DNA of 64,000 nucleotides from Microcoleus sp. (GCA_052279835.1 CP181291.1:4736001-4800000); one strand, 5' to 3'. Counted from the first letter of the stretch, positions 33,068 through 44,214 are shown. The notes: generated from the letters alone by a model not told the origin. Translations and numbers: made by a program.

Positions 33068-34981
33068 TTATTTACCCTCTGCAACATCTATATCTAAAAA
33101 GTGCAGTTGGCTGCCTCCCTCGGTATTAACCCCAATCACCAAACCTTTCTTCCCCCAAGGGGCGATCGCCTTCGGTACAGCGGGCCCACTAAAACTCCCT
33201 ACTTGAATTCCTTGAGTGTTTAATATCACCATCTGCCCCCCAACATCTGCCAACACCCATCCCCAATTAGCAACACAAGCAGACACCGGGAAACTGTCAA
33301 GGGGAAGTCGCGCCACTTTCAAAGGCCACAACTTCATCAACAGCACAGCGGCTTTACCACCTTGGGGAATTCCCAACAAAGTATAAGGTTCAGGTGTCAA
33401 CAGCAGTTGCCCCACGCTCGCCGATAACTGGACAGCACCAACTGCCGTGCCACGACGAGTGTAAACTCTGAAAGTAGTTTGGGGATTTTTTGGCTCGTTA
33501 TCGGGCCAGATAGCTAAGACGTGTCGCCGATCCAAAAACATTAACTCTGGTAAGTAATGTTCTGGTAGGGCAACAGTCGCAATCGGTGGTTGGGCTTTTT
33601 TCCGATCGCCCCCTGAGTTGTTTGCACCTAAAGAATAAAAGCGTAGTTCCCCCGGAACAGCTACTGTCAACCAACGCCCATCAGAGTCAACAGCAGCTTT
33701 ACAACCATCAGGCCCTTGCCGGACACCTAGATCTAGTAAACACTGAGGCTCCCAACTAGAATCGCTCAGCCAGTAAAGTTTTTGCCCAGAGACAATGCAG
33801 CAGCCGTGTGTGGTTGGCAAAATGTCGCGCACTGTATCCGGCATTGATATAGAAGTTTCGGTTTCTCCTGTAACTAGCTGATTTCCCGGCTGACACCACA
33901 CTTTTACCTCTGTACCCACAGCAGCGTAAAGATAGGTTTCAGTAGCAATTAAAGTTGTCAGCCCACCAGGAAGTATCAGTAGCTTTGACTGCGAGAAGGT
34001 ATAACCCACAGTTTGAAGTAAATTAATCGGAGGCTCCGATATTGTTGCCTCTGGGACTTGTAGCCCCGACTCAGTTTCCAAATTCAGACTTTTGGATTCA
34101 CTGGTTTCGGGATTTTCCCAAGGAATAATGCAGTCTCCCAATTGCCTAACAGCGGGGTCGTACATTACCAGTCGCAGGGCTTGAGCCATTTGGGAAGCAC
34201 TGGCAAAACGGCGGGCGGGCAGCTTTTCCAAAGATTTTTTGACTATGGTTTGCAACGGTTCCGGCATTGCATCAGGCAGTTGCAAACGTTGATTCAGGTG
34301 CGCCCACCTCAAGTCTCCAGGTGTTCCACCAAAAGGTCGGTAGCCCATTAATAACTCAAACAACAGAATTCCCACTGCATATATATCTGACATGGGAGAG
34401 TAAAGACCATAAAACCGCTCTGGAGCCATGTAAGCAGGAGAACCTACGGTAGCGTCGGGAGAAATTTCTTGGTGGAGGCGAGTAGTCCCAATTTCTGGCA
34501 GTCGGCGGGCGATGCCGAAATCTGACAGCCGGGGGGACCAACCCTTGGAGCCTAAAGTCAGGAGGATATTTTCTGGTTTGATGTCGCAGTGAACTACGCC
34601 TCGACGGTGAGCGTAGTCTAACCCGGCTAGCACTCCCATAATGATCTGCAAACCTTCGAGCAGTCTTAAGGGACGGTCTTGTTTTAGCAAGTTGCGGAGA
34701 GTTCCTCCCTCGCAGTAGTCCATAACTAAGTACCTGCCTGTAGCTGTGTGTTCTAGGGCTCGGCAGGTGACAATGTTAGGATGCTGCAACGTAATCAAGA
34801 ACCACAGCTCTCGCAAGAATTCGCTAGTTGGGGCTTTTTGATGGCTGAGTTCTTTGAGAGCTACCAGTTGACTGGTGAGGCGAGAGTCTTTGGCGGGCGT
34901 TTCTCGAACGCTAGCACAAAAAACTCGACCAAATTGTCCTTGTCCGACTAGCCCTAAAATACGGTACTTAGAATTTTGCAT
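33068..34981 (-). CDS. Ser/Thr protein kinase (SpkG-like by gene context)
   Basis: GQGQFG, VALKE, HCDIKPEN, DFG and APE motifs; beta-rich C-terminus. Confidence 0.93.
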   Translation of the reverse strand: MQNSKYRILGLVGQGQFGRVFCASVRETPAKDSRLTSQLVALKELSHQKAPTSEFLRELWFLITLQHPNIVTCRALEHTATGRYLVMDYCEGGTLRNLLKQDRPLRLLEGLQIIMGVLAGLDYAHRRGVVHCDIKPENILLTLGSKGWSPRLSDFGIARRLPEIGTTRLHQEISPDATVGSPAYMAPERFYGLYSPMSDIYAVGILLFELLMGYRPFGGTPGDLRWAHLNQRLQLPDAMPEPLQTIVKKSLEKLPARRFASASQMAQALRLVMYDPAVRQLGDCIIPWENPETSESKSLNLETESGLQVPEATISEPPINLLQTVGYTFSQSKLLILPGGLTTLIATETYLYAAVGTEVKVWCQPGNQLVTGETETSISMPDTVRDILPTTHGCCIVSGQKLYWLSDSSWEPQCLLDLGVRQGPDGCKAAVDSDGRWLTVAVPGELRFYSLGANNSGGDRKKAQPPIATVALPEHYLPELMFLDRRHVLAIWPDNEPKNPQTTFRVYTRRGTAVGAVQLSASVGQLLLTPEPYTLLGIPQGGKAAVLLMKLWPLKVARLPLDSFPVSACVANWGWVLADVGGQMVILNTQGIQVGSFSGPAVPKAIAPWGKKGLVIGVNTEGGSQLHFLDIDVAEGK

Positions 34982-35261
34982 CAGTCTAATTATAGAAAAA
35001 GCTTGAGCTAGTATTAAAATATGTAAACAATTCTGACCAAATTCAACTTTTGAATCGATCGCCTGGTACTGCCTATGTTATCTCAGGTTCAGTCTCAGCC
35101 TCCTTGGGATCGATCGCACCGTTGCATCTACTCAAATCCTGAAGTCTCCGATTCAGTATAAATCTTCCCGGATTCGCGTGCTGGATCAAAAAGGGAAATC
35201 AGGGGTAGGGCAGAGATATATCTATAAAAAAACCCGCCTTCAGAGAGGATGAAACATCAAT

Positions 35262-35744
35262 ATGGTCAAAATTATTAAACTAGACCCAATTGCCGAAGAA
35301 ATGGCAGTGGAAACGCGATCGAATATTCTGTCCGCCTTACTTTCCAAAGACTTAGACGTTCTCAAGGAATGTGGAGGCCGGGGAATGTGCGCCACCTGCC
35401 ACGTCTACATTAAAGAAGGCATGGAAGGTTTGTCTGACATCAACCGTCGGGAGAGGAGGACCCTGGAGGTCATTACTACAGCTAAAGCCAATTCGCGGCT
35501 TGCTTGTCAGGCTCAAATTATGGGCGAAGGTGTAGTGGTGCAGTTACCCGCCGGGATGTACATTAATGCTATTGAAAATGTGGAAGCTCTCATCGGTCGG
35601 CGAGCTCAGCAAGATTTGTTACATCCAATTACGGGTCAAGTAGTTGTAGAATCGGGAAAGTTGATCACCCGCTCGATCGTCACTCAGCTTAATGAAACCC
35701 GCTTCCAAGTAGGACAGTATTTAGTTCGCACTAAAGAAGCTTAA
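35262..35744 (+). CDS. 2Fe-2S ferredoxin with C-terminal extension (Slr0148/Fd5-like)
   Basis: CGGRGMCATCH...SRLACQ. Confidence 0.9.
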   Translation: MVKIIKLDPIAEEMAVETRSNILSALLSKDLDVLKECGGRGMCATCHVYIKEGMEGLSDINRRERRTLEVITTAKANSRLACQAQIMGEGVVVQLPAGMYINAIENVEALIGRRAQQDLLHPITGQVVVESGKLITRSIVTQLNETRFQVGQYLVRTKEA

Positions 35745-35784
35745 AACTGATATGTTGGTATTAAAATACCACCGTAAAAATCCT

Positions 35785-36255
35785 ATGTTGAGTCAACTGT
35801 CGCGTTTAAGTGTGGAAGCCGATGGACGCTATGCCTCTGCGGCCGAACTCGAATTTTTGAAAGACTACTTTCAATCTTTGAATCATAGGATAAGTGCCTA
35901 TAAAAAAATTCAAGCCTCGGAAAAAGAAATTATCCGCCAAGTGGAAGCGCAAATGCAGTCCCTAGACCCCACTTTATTTAGACGAGGGTCCCAAGATGTG
36001 ACGGCAAAATGGCGAATAGATGCTTTGCGGGTGTTGCGACATTCCGCAGCAGCACTACTCATTAATGATACTGAACGGTTGCGCGATCGACTTTTGCTTT
36101 GGTTCCAAACTATTTTGGGAGCTTTTCAAGCTAAAAATAGTTCCTCAGTGACTTATGATGTCATGAAAAAGGTGATTAAACAACATCTTACTGCTGAAGA
36201 AGCCAGCCTGTTTTTACCAATTCTGGAAATTGACCGCACTATATTGGGCAAATAA
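35785..36255 (+). CDS. Phycobiliprotein-fold (globin-like) protein
   Basis: EADGRYASAAEL start and D..RVLRH..A..L.RDRLL; no Cys at the bilin-attachment position. Confidence 0.8.
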   Translation: MLSQLSRLSVEADGRYASAAELEFLKDYFQSLNHRISAYKKIQASEKEIIRQVEAQMQSLDPTLFRRGSQDVTAKWRIDALRVLRHSAAALLINDTERLRDRLLLWFQTILGAFQAKNSSSVTYDVMKKVIKQHLTAEEASLFLPILEIDRTILGK

Positions 36256-36447
36256 TCCCTACCAAACAGCTAATGATTTTTGAAAAGTCATAAAGTTGGT
36301 TTAAATTCGTCCAATTATTTATTTAAAATAAGGTGTTGGGTTGAATAGATCAACCCTTCAACCCTCCGGCTACACGGCGGTTTGTACCGCCCTAGCTCAA
36401 CCCAACTTAACTCGTTTATTTGAGTAACTATAGAGCTATCAAATCAA

Positions 36448-37110
36448 TTATTTTTTTTGAGAAAGTTGACTCATAATACTTTCGTGATCTTGTCCTTCTT
36501 CCACCATAGAATTTCCGGCTTGGAGCCGATCGCGCAGGCCTAAAATAAAACGGTTGCAGTCAGAACCCAGGGATTCACAAGAAGTTTGCAAACAGTGAAG
36601 TTCTCGACCTGTAAGTTGAGTAAAGAAGGAACTTAAGATACCTGCTTCTAAAAAACAGGCTGGTAGCTTCGACTTAGGGGCTGTTTTAGCAAACAGAGAG
36701 TTAGAAATTTTTACTACTAAAAACCCCTGGTCAGAATAGCTGGAGTCAAGTTCAAATGTTCCCCATCCGTGGCTTTTCCAACACTGTTGTAGGCACTGAA
36801 TAAATTCTACCATTTCCATTTCGGAAACTGGCTGACCGTAGTAATCGCTGACTTCTTCGCAAAAACGCACGTAAAAGTTTTTGCCCCACCAGCGACCGCA
36901 GTTGAATAGCACTAGGCGGGAAGCTTGACCGGTTTCTTGTTCTAAGCCGATGTAAATGGCTTGAATCAGTGTTTCTGGAAGTGCTAGCAGCCGATCGCCC
37001 CGGCGATTTTCGAGCAAGCCTAGCTCCAAGTCTCCTCTGACGTAAGCATCCCTAGCAAAGTAGTTTCCTGGAACTCTGGGCTGTTTAAGTAAGTCTGCAA
37101 TGTTAATCAT
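36448..37110 (-). CDS. V4R-domain protein
   Basis: GWG..C..EAG..F..C.SLG..C.F metal-binding signature. Confidence 0.88.
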   Translation of the reverse strand: MINIADLLKQPRVPGNYFARDAYVRGDLELGLLENRRGDRLLALPETLIQAIYIGLEQETGQASRLVLFNCGRWWGKNFYVRFCEEVSDYYGQPVSEMEMVEFIQCLQQCWKSHGWGTFELDSSYSDQGFLVVKISNSLFAKTAPKSKLPACFLEAGILSSFFTQLTGRELHCLQTSCESLGSDCNRFILGLRDRLQAGNSMVEEGQDHESIMSQLSQKK

Positions 37111-37157
37111 TGGGAATGGGGAATTGGGAATTGGGAATTGGAAATTGGAAATTGAGA
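37110..37157. repeat. Heptamer short tandem repeat (STRR-like)
   Basis: TTGGGAA/TTGGAAA tandem units. Confidence 0.8.
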
Positions 37158-37164
37158 ATTTTGT

Positions 37165-37638
37165 TTATTGTTTACGATCGGGGTCAATAATCAGTGACTC
37201 GGCTTGGTCTAAAAATGGCTGCAATATAGCGCGGGCTTGCTCGGAAAGCAGTTCTTTCAAACGCTCTTGCAAAAGTTGGCAAACTGTTGCTTCTATCTTG
37301 TGAGTTTGGTGGGCTTCAACAAGGCCAGAAAGCCAGTCTAGGAGGCGTTGTTCGATAAAATTGCGATCGTTGAGCAGCATCGCCATAGCGCAGTATCGTA
37401 AGACTAAAATCCAATTTTTTAGGGTTGTTTCTAAGATTTCTGGTTTTTCATCTGGGAAGGTTTCTTGTAGCTTATTTGCTACTGGTTGGAAGATGCTTTC
37501 TTCTTTGTCTCGCAAAAATTCATAAATTTTTAAGCGCTGGGAGAGTATGGCAGCTTGACGCTTAAAGGCGGTGATTTCTTCGGCTTTGAGAAAGCGATTT
37601 TCTGCCTGATTTAGAAGTGCTTCAATCTCAGGGTGCAT
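37165..37638 (-). CDS. Phycobiliprotein-fold (globin-like) protein
   Basis: QAENRFLKAEE and VLRYCAMAMLLND..RLLDWL. Confidence 0.78.
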   Translation of the reverse strand: MHPEIEALLNQAENRFLKAEEITAFKRQAAILSQRLKIYEFLRDKEESIFQPVANKLQETFPDEKPEILETTLKNWILVLRYCAMAMLLNDRNFIEQRLLDWLSGLVEAHQTHKIEATVCQLLQERLKELLSEQARAILQPFLDQAESLIIDPDRKQ

Positions 37639-37918
37639 AATTTTAAGTAAGTGGTAGAAGGAAGAGGGAAAAAAGTCCTTCGACTGCGTTTATCCTGCCC
37701 TTAGACGAAGCTGAGCCAGGGCTGCTTCGCTTCGCCCAAGGGTAGCCGAAGGCTTCAGGAACCCCATCAGGCAGAAAGATGGCACTGTTTATAAATCAAT
37801 ATAACAGGGCTATCATTCAAGTTTTTGTTAATTTCCGGTGCTTCGGAAATCTTACTTGGTGCTAGGGAAGAGCCGTAATTACAAAAAATGACTTTTACAA
37901 CTTCCATTTAGGTAAGTA

Positions 37919-38185
37919 TTAAAACAAATCAAATAGGTCGTCAATAGTAACTTCGGCACTTTCATTAACCGAAATTACTGGCAATGGTGGTGGTGGGGGC
38001 ATGGCGCCTACTTCAGGAATTCCTTCCCAAGAAATAGCCATAAAAAAGTCTGATACTGGCATGGTAAAACTTAGCAGTTTGCCATTAAGATATCCCTTCT
38101 CGGTTTCTAAGGGTTTTCCTAGCCAATTATAGTTACCAAAGAATTCTTGGACAGATTGTTTTAACCAGGAAGTTTGACTTTTCAT
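37919..38185 (-). CDS. Small conserved hypothetical protein
   Basis: Repeated SV.EFF...W.G motif; start overlaps the upstream V4R stop. Confidence 0.75.
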   Translation of the reverse strand: MKSQTSWLKQSVQEFFGNYNWLGKPLETEKGYLNGKLLSFTMPVSDFFMAISWEGIPEVGAMPPPPPLPVISVNESAEVTIDDLFDLF

Positions 38186-38883
38186 CGCAATCTTTCACCA
38201 TGTTGGATTCGATTTTGAATGTCACGGGCGCTGGCACCTTCGTTGAGCCAGAATGCTGCGGCATCTATTTTGTCTGGGTTGCCCAGCAGGAACTTGCAAT
38301 AGGTTTCTCCCATTGAGTAACATTGGAGTTCGATGCAACTCAGAGGTTTTTTGACTAGAGATCCGAAGAAACCGGCAAACAAACCGGCGTAAAGGTGACA
38401 AACTGGTTTGCCCACGTCGCCCAAGGTGCGAGCAACTGCTGAGTCAAAGAGGTTGATGAAGATGCAGCCATGCTTGCGATCGCTCATGTCTACTTCCCAG
38501 CGGCCCCAACCTTGAGCTGTGAACGGCCACCACCAAGTTTCTAGTAGAAACATCAGATTTGACTGGCGAATGTTCTGGCTGAATTCGGCGCTGAACCATT
38601 TTTGAAAAAATTCGGAATCTTGGAGTCCCCACTGGCAACCAATAGTATACATGATCACAGATGAAGCAGGACCGACTTCTTCTTCTAGTCCTTCTACCAA
38701 ACCGATGATGAAGTCTTCGCTGGTAAAAATGTTGCGCGACTCATTCCAGTCGTTAATTGTGCCTCCAACGCGATCGAAGGCAAAAAAGTCTTGAAACCTA
38801 TAGTGGTTGTGACTTTTGGGATACTTTTGTTTCAGGAAGGACTCGGTTGGGACCGATATTTCTTTGTTGGGGGTATATACCAT
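38182..38883 (-). CDS. V4R-domain protein
   Basis: QGWG, PVCHLYAGLFAGFF, CIELQCYSMGETYCKF. Confidence 0.9.
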   Translation of the reverse strand: MVYTPNKEISVPTESFLKQKYPKSHNHYRFQDFFAFDRVGGTINDWNESRNIFTSEDFIIGLVEGLEEEVGPASSVIMYTIGCQWGLQDSEFFQKWFSAEFSQNIRQSNLMFLLETWWWPFTAQGWGRWEVDMSDRKHGCIFINLFDSAVARTLGDVGKPVCHLYAGLFAGFFGSLVKKPLSCIELQCYSMGETYCKFLLGNPDKIDAAAFWLNEGASARDIQNRIQHGERLR

Positions 38884-39341
38884 TGGTTGGTTACTGCTGA
38901 TTTGGTAATATTGATTGGGTCAAATTTTTGGTCCTTTGAGCCGATCGACTCCGAAGACAATTTGACTAGCTTCTGTATCTAATTTAACCTGGTTCTTCCA
39001 AACAGACCGCATAAAAGTTTTTGAGGTAACACCAGAAGTTAAAATTATTGTGGGAGTATTTTTCAAATTTTTAGATATCTAATTGACTTGACGAAAGTCG
39101 GGTTAAGCTTGAGGAGCTAGTACCTAGCTATGTGCTATCGTTTTGTGCAAGCTGTTTAATATCTAATATATTTAGCTGAGACACCCCATATATTTAGCTG
39201 AGACCCCGCAAGGGAATTGTAGGTGCTTAAAACCGCCCGTGCGATGCCCGATCGCGAAGGCGAAGGGTAGTCGAAGGGTCGAAGGGTCGTTTCCAAATCA
39301 GGGCATTAGCCACGCTTGTTCCCCATTTACCGAGCTTTTTT

Positions 39342-41198
39342 ATGAAACATCACGCTTGTATTGCCATAGGCATAAATCAATATCAGTTACTTCAGCCTTT
39401 GAGCTATGCCCAAGAGGATGCAGAGGCAGTCTACACTTTCTTGGTTGAGGAGGCTGGTTTTTCTAAGGATGGATGCCTGCTGATGACGGATAGTTCGCCG
39501 TCGCTGGGGGGTAACTCAACTTATCCGAATCGGGAAAATATTCTGAAATTGACCGAAAATCTGTGCGCCCAACGCTTGCAACAGGGAGATTTACTCTGGT
39601 GTTTTTTTAGTGGCTACGGTGTCAGTCATGAAGGGAAGGATTATTTGATGCCTGTGGATGGGAATCCGGCTGACATTCCGGGTACGGGGATTCCAGTAGA
39701 GTTGCTGTTGAATACTCTGAAAAAGGCTCCTACTGAAACGATGTTGGTGTTGGTTGATATGAACCGCAGTCAAATCGTGAAAGCTGGGGAAACTATAGGG
39801 GTTCAAACTGCGGATTTGGCCCGGAAGCTGGAAATCCCGACGGTGCTTTCTTGTCGGCCGAATCAAGTTTCGCGGGAGACTTCTGCTTTGCGCCAAGGGT
39901 TTTTTACGACGGCGCTTTTGGAAGGGCTGCGATCTGGACAGTGTATGACTCTTAAGGGCTTAGACCGTTTTTTGAGCGATCGACTGCCTGAGTTGTGCGA
40001 TCACCATTTGCGTCCAAAACAGGAACCTGTGATGGTGGTCAATCCTCCGGGAAAAGCCCATTTGGTAATTTTACCGGATGTGGTTGGCGTAGCAACTTCT
40101 GAAGTGGCAGGACGCAATGGCAGTATGACGGTTGATGCCGAGAGTAACGGTTTCGATCGCCCGCTAATGGGTGTGGCTACGGCTCAACTTGATTTACCTC
40201 CTGCTACTGGTAACTCTCAAGATGCTACAACTGAAAGGCCGAATCGGACTCCTGTGCCAAATGTTGCTGGGTCTGCTGACAGGGGTGGCGATCGACCCAA
40301 CTTGCAGAAGCCAGAAGATGTCGATAATGGGGCTTCGGACAAGTCGTTTTTGCAGCAGCTAATTTTGTGGAGTGGCGCTACAGCTATAGTTCTGCTGTTG
40401 GGTGTATTTGTCACCAACAGGTCTATTTTCATCGGTCAGCAGGAAGGAAGCCCCAAATTGACCGCTGAGAATGCTCCCAAACCTTCGCCTCAAAAGTCGG
40501 GCCTCAAGCCTGTAACTCCTGGTGCTGGAGTGTCCCAGAAGCAACCCCAGGCTGTATCGGTAGACACTGGAAGCAAGCCCAAACCTTCTAGCCAGCAGGT
40601 TTGGGCAGAGGCGAAAACTTTACTCAAGAATGGTTCGGCTTCCAGTTTTAATAATGCCGTCAGAAAGGCTCGCTCGATTCCCCCTACAGATCCACTTTAT
40701 CCCCAAGCTCAGCAGGATATTGAGCGCTGGAGTTTAAACATTTTGGATATAGCTAATGGCCGGGCTGCTAGGAGCGATTTCCTGGGGGCGATCGAGGCTG
40801 CTAAATTGATGCCTGATGTTAATAAGCCGATTTACAATCAGTCCAAAGAGGCGATCGTTCAGTGGCAGGATCTATCCAAGCAACAGCAATTAAATACTGC
40901 TTTGATATCTGCTGCTAAGACAAAAATCAAGCGAGGCGAGGCATCTTCTTATAGTAAAGCTATCGAGCAAGTTAACAAGATTCAACCCGGTGAGCCGAAG
41001 TATGAAGAATCTCAGCGTTTGACAGGAGAATGGAGCGAAACTATCCTGAAGATTGCTCAATTGCGTAGCTCTCAAGGGAAGCTTAAAGATGCTGTTGAAG
41101 CTGCGTCATTAGTGCCGTCTGGTACAAAGAGTTATCAGCCAGCTCGGAAGGCGATCGCTGAGTGGAAAACTAAGCTGAAACAAAATAAAAAAGGTTGA
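39342..41198 (+). CDS. Membrane-anchored caspase-like (C14) pseudo-enzyme
   Basis: IAIGINQY..L.YA..DA; FSGYG and VDMNR replace the His/Cys dyad; TM segment at ~aa 340; helical repeats at the C-terminus. Confidence 0.85.
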   Translation: MKHHACIAIGINQYQLLQPLSYAQEDAEAVYTFLVEEAGFSKDGCLLMTDSSPSLGGNSTYPNRENILKLTENLCAQRLQQGDLLWCFFSGYGVSHEGKDYLMPVDGNPADIPGTGIPVELLLNTLKKAPTETMLVLVDMNRSQIVKAGETIGVQTADLARKLEIPTVLSCRPNQVSRETSALRQGFFTTALLEGLRSGQCMTLKGLDRFLSDRLPELCDHHLRPKQEPVMVVNPPGKAHLVILPDVVGVATSEVAGRNGSMTVDAESNGFDRPLMGVATAQLDLPPATGNSQDATTERPNRTPVPNVAGSADRGGDRPNLQKPEDVDNGASDKSFLQQLILWSGATAIVLLLGVFVTNRSIFIGQQEGSPKLTAENAPKPSPQKSGLKPVTPGAGVSQKQPQAVSVDTGSKPKPSSQQVWAEAKTLLKNGSASSFNNAVRKARSIPPTDPLYPQAQQDIERWSLNILDIANGRAARSDFLGAIEAAKLMPDVNKPIYNQSKEAIVQWQDLSKQQQLNTALISAAKTKIKRGEASSYSKAIEQVNKIQPGEPKYEESQRLTGEWSETILKIAQLRSSQGKLKDAVEAASLVPSGTKSYQPARKAIAEWKTKLKQNKKG

Positions 41199-42388
41199 TT
41201 TAGGTACAATTTTTCAGCTTTGAGTTATGAATTGTGAGGGAATTAACTAAAATTTCTAACTCACAACTCATAACTCAAATTTTAGTTATTTAAGCTTGTC
41301 GATCCGAATACCCGCCTCTCAAAAGGCGTGTTTTTGCATTATAAGTATCCCAGAAAGGGTATCAAGGTGAGGCAGAATGCCTAACCCACAATTATGGAAG
41401 ATGTCTATTTTAGTGACTATCATTAATTAGTAGACATGAGACTTTTGCCTGAAGGCTACTATATTTAAGCCAAAATCAAATCACAAAAACTGTGAGGGAG
41501 TACACATCCAAAAAACAGGGTTTGTAGTTAAATTTTGGTTTATTTTTGGTTTCTTAAAATTAGCATTTGAGTCTGCGAATCTCAAAACCGACATTCCGCA
41601 CTCTCAACTGTCACTATCTGTTTTTATTTACAATATTTACACATATCCAATATCTCGCATCCAATATCTTGCAGCGACTGAGACTACTGATTAACACTAC
41701 ACAATATAGCTGCTCCTGTAGTTCATGAACCTGGAAAGAGAACGTATCTAGTTTTTCTATGGCACTATAAACAACAACAATCCTCGCTCAATACAAAAAG
41801 CTAGCAAGTAAGGCAACTTCAAAACATCCCTCTGATTTCTGACCCGATCGCGAAGTTGAAGAGACTCCTTCTCTGTGGGTTATTCCCTCTTCCCTCTTCC
41901 TTCTTTCTTAGAAAATTTCTGGGTCATGGTAGTGCCAGTAACAACACGTATGTCTTAGGTTATAGTTCAACCCAATTCATGTTGACGGATCTAAAAAACA
42001 CAGGTTAAGCTGGCAGTGTCTCTCTGTAAAGGGGTCGATCACTTTTCCAATCACAGGGGTAAAATCCGGGGGGTCAAGCAGCTAGAGATAGTGTTGAACC
42101 AGGGCAATTGAGGAAATCAACATTAGCACTAAGTTCTGCTGTCTGGCTAGATGGGATCAAAAATTGTAACAGTTCTTAACTATAAAAAAAACTTTCAAAA
42201 CTGCTAGTATAGTGACACTTTTGTTAGCAAAAACAGATAAAGTAAATAAAGTTGGCTAGCTTTACACACCACAATCCTCACCTTGGGGATCTGGAATCGA
42301 TTTGATTCATAGATAGTGGTTTGAGAGTTACAATTGGAATCAAAGCATCGCTATTTAACAGAGTTCTCTACTTACTTTTACTTTCAGC

Positions 42389-42614
42389 TATGAACGTGGA
42401 TTTTATCAAAGCCCAAGTCAGGTTACTACAGGGTGCAAGTTCATCGGAACGAGAAACCCTTATTAAAAACATCGGCGTCTGTGCTGGCGTTATCAGACCC
42501 GGAGAGTATGTGACTCCGCAGCGGAAGCACGCTATCACTCTCTGGTTGCAAACAAATGCTGTTAGACTCCGGCTACCCCAACTTCCTCTGGATTTGTCGG
42601 GACACAAGCCTTAA
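42389..42614 (+). CDS. Possible small hypothetical protein
   Basis: ORF MNVDFIKAQVRLLQGAS... in an otherwise empty region; start approximate, no recognised motif. Confidence 0.35.
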
Positions 42615-43127
42615 GAAAGATCGACAGAGATTGAAATGCTGTTCAAAATTTAGCTAAACTTCTGTTGGAAAAAGTAAAGCAAGTTCTGCCTGATGTTGAG
42701 ACTGTGAAATCCTAGGAGGCGACTCCCCATAGTTAAGCAGTGAGAAAACATCAACTTACAGCGAGTAAATGCTGGTTAAGTTTCACAGAACGGATTATTG
42801 CTCAAAACCATAACCTGTGTTAATTGCTTTTAGATTGGAGATTCACGATTTATCTAATTTTGGATGAATTTTATATGTGTGGATCGGCTCGAAAATAATC
42901 CCTATTCAATAGGTATAAATATTTACCGGGGCAGCCATTAAACTGCCCCATACTTTTGAAAAAGGAGGGGGATTGTTGGCAAATAAATATAATAAACTGC
43001 TTGATTGACCTGAAATAATTTAGTTGGATTGAACGGCGGAATAAATTATATATTTTATGGCGAGGGCTAAACGGAGAGACTTATTGAATTTAACTTGGTT
43101 CATCACATATTGATAGACAAAAAGACT

Positions 43128-43379
43128 GTGCAAAAAAAACAAAAATTTCCTTATTTAGTTGGTTCCCGATGGACAGCAAAGCAAAAAACTTGGGGGTGGC
43201 GGCATTTTCAAGTAGTCAACCGAAAAAACCAAGGTAAATGGGTATTTGCAGAAATGGTGGCGGCTTGCGATCCGAATGTCCGTTTCTGGCTGAATTCGGA
43301 ACAGCTCAAAGATCGATCGCTGTGGCAAGCTGGATGGCAGTCCACCCAAGAACTAGAGGATTTAGAAGTTGCAGAGTAA
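43128..43379 (+). CDS. TIGR02450 family Trp-rich protein
   Basis: LVGSRWTA...WRHF.V...LKDRSLWQAGW. Confidence 0.85.
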   Translation: MQKKQKFPYLVGSRWTAKQKTWGWRHFQVVNRKNQGKWVFAEMVAACDPNVRFWLNSEQLKDRSLWQAGWQSTQELEDLEVAE

Positions 43380-43539
43380 AATATTTGAGAATACAGGGCC
43401 TAGGGCATGGAACCTAGTTAGTTCCTTTTGAGACAAGGAAGTAAGGCTTCCCATTTGCACTCTATTGTGGTTGGATAAGAAGTCTACAGTATGAGCACTT
43501 TCAAACTAAAGCTTGGTGGATCAGCAAAGGCATAAAACA

Positions 43540-44214
43540 ATGAAAAAAACTGTATCGGTCTTCGTGTGTTTGCTAATTACTGCTACATTGGGAGGTGGAG
43601 TTGCGCAACTGTCGATCGCCACTCCAGGAGTCGATCGTAGCAAAAATCAAGCTGCCAATATTGCAGAACCCGCAGCGGACTTATCCAATTTAGTCATTCC
43701 TTTACAAGACTTACCTCCGGGTTTTACAGAGATTTCATCAGGGGCTGCAAATTTCAAAAATCAACTTAACCAGAACCCTAACTTTAAGCCAGCAAGTGTC
43801 TTCGCTTACCAAAAGATTGAGCAGAAGCAGTTTCAATTGCTTATCGGATTTACAACGCAACTATCCGATTCGATGAAACAAGCTAAGTTTGATGAGGAAA
43901 TCAGTGCAGGGACTGCGGCTAAGGAATTCTCTCAAGGGTTAAATAGTAACAAAGAAATGCAGTTTACGAATCCTACCGCTTTAACTTTGCAAGACAAGAC
44001 TGGTGAGGTATCTGCTGGCTGGAGAAGTCAAGGAAAATTACAAAATATACCAATCAATGTAGATTTTGCTATATTTAGACGGGGAAAAATAGGGGCTTTT
44101 ACGGCAATTATGTATATCGATGGTACTCAGCCAACTTTAACGATTAACGATGCAGCGCGCAAACTCGACAGCCGGATGATGGAATTGAAACCTGATTTAA
44201 CTAAACCGCAATAA
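43540..44214 (+). CDS. Hypothetical exported protein
   Basis: Signal-like N-terminus and an LQDLPPGF motif. Confidence 0.75.
   Translation: MKKTVSVFVCLLITATLGGGVAQLSIATPGVDRSKNQAANIAEPAADLSNLVIPLQDLPPGFTEISSGAANFKNQLNQNPNFKPASVFAYQKIEQKQFQLLIGFTTQLSDSMKQAKFDEEISAGTAAKEFSQGLNSNKEMQFTNPTALTLQDKTGEVSAGWRSQGKLQNIPINVDFAIFRRGKIGAFTAIMYIDGTQPTLTINDAARKLDSRMMELKPDLTKPQ

Noticed and set aside
35785..37638. apc/cpc light-harvesting genes
   Set aside because: No chromophore Cys at the expected position, and the context is V4R/ferredoxin rather than a phycobilisome operon
42250..42295. Yfr1-like sRNA (ACACCACA similarity)
   Set aside because: Lacks the conserved ACTCCTCACAC motif and flanking hairpins
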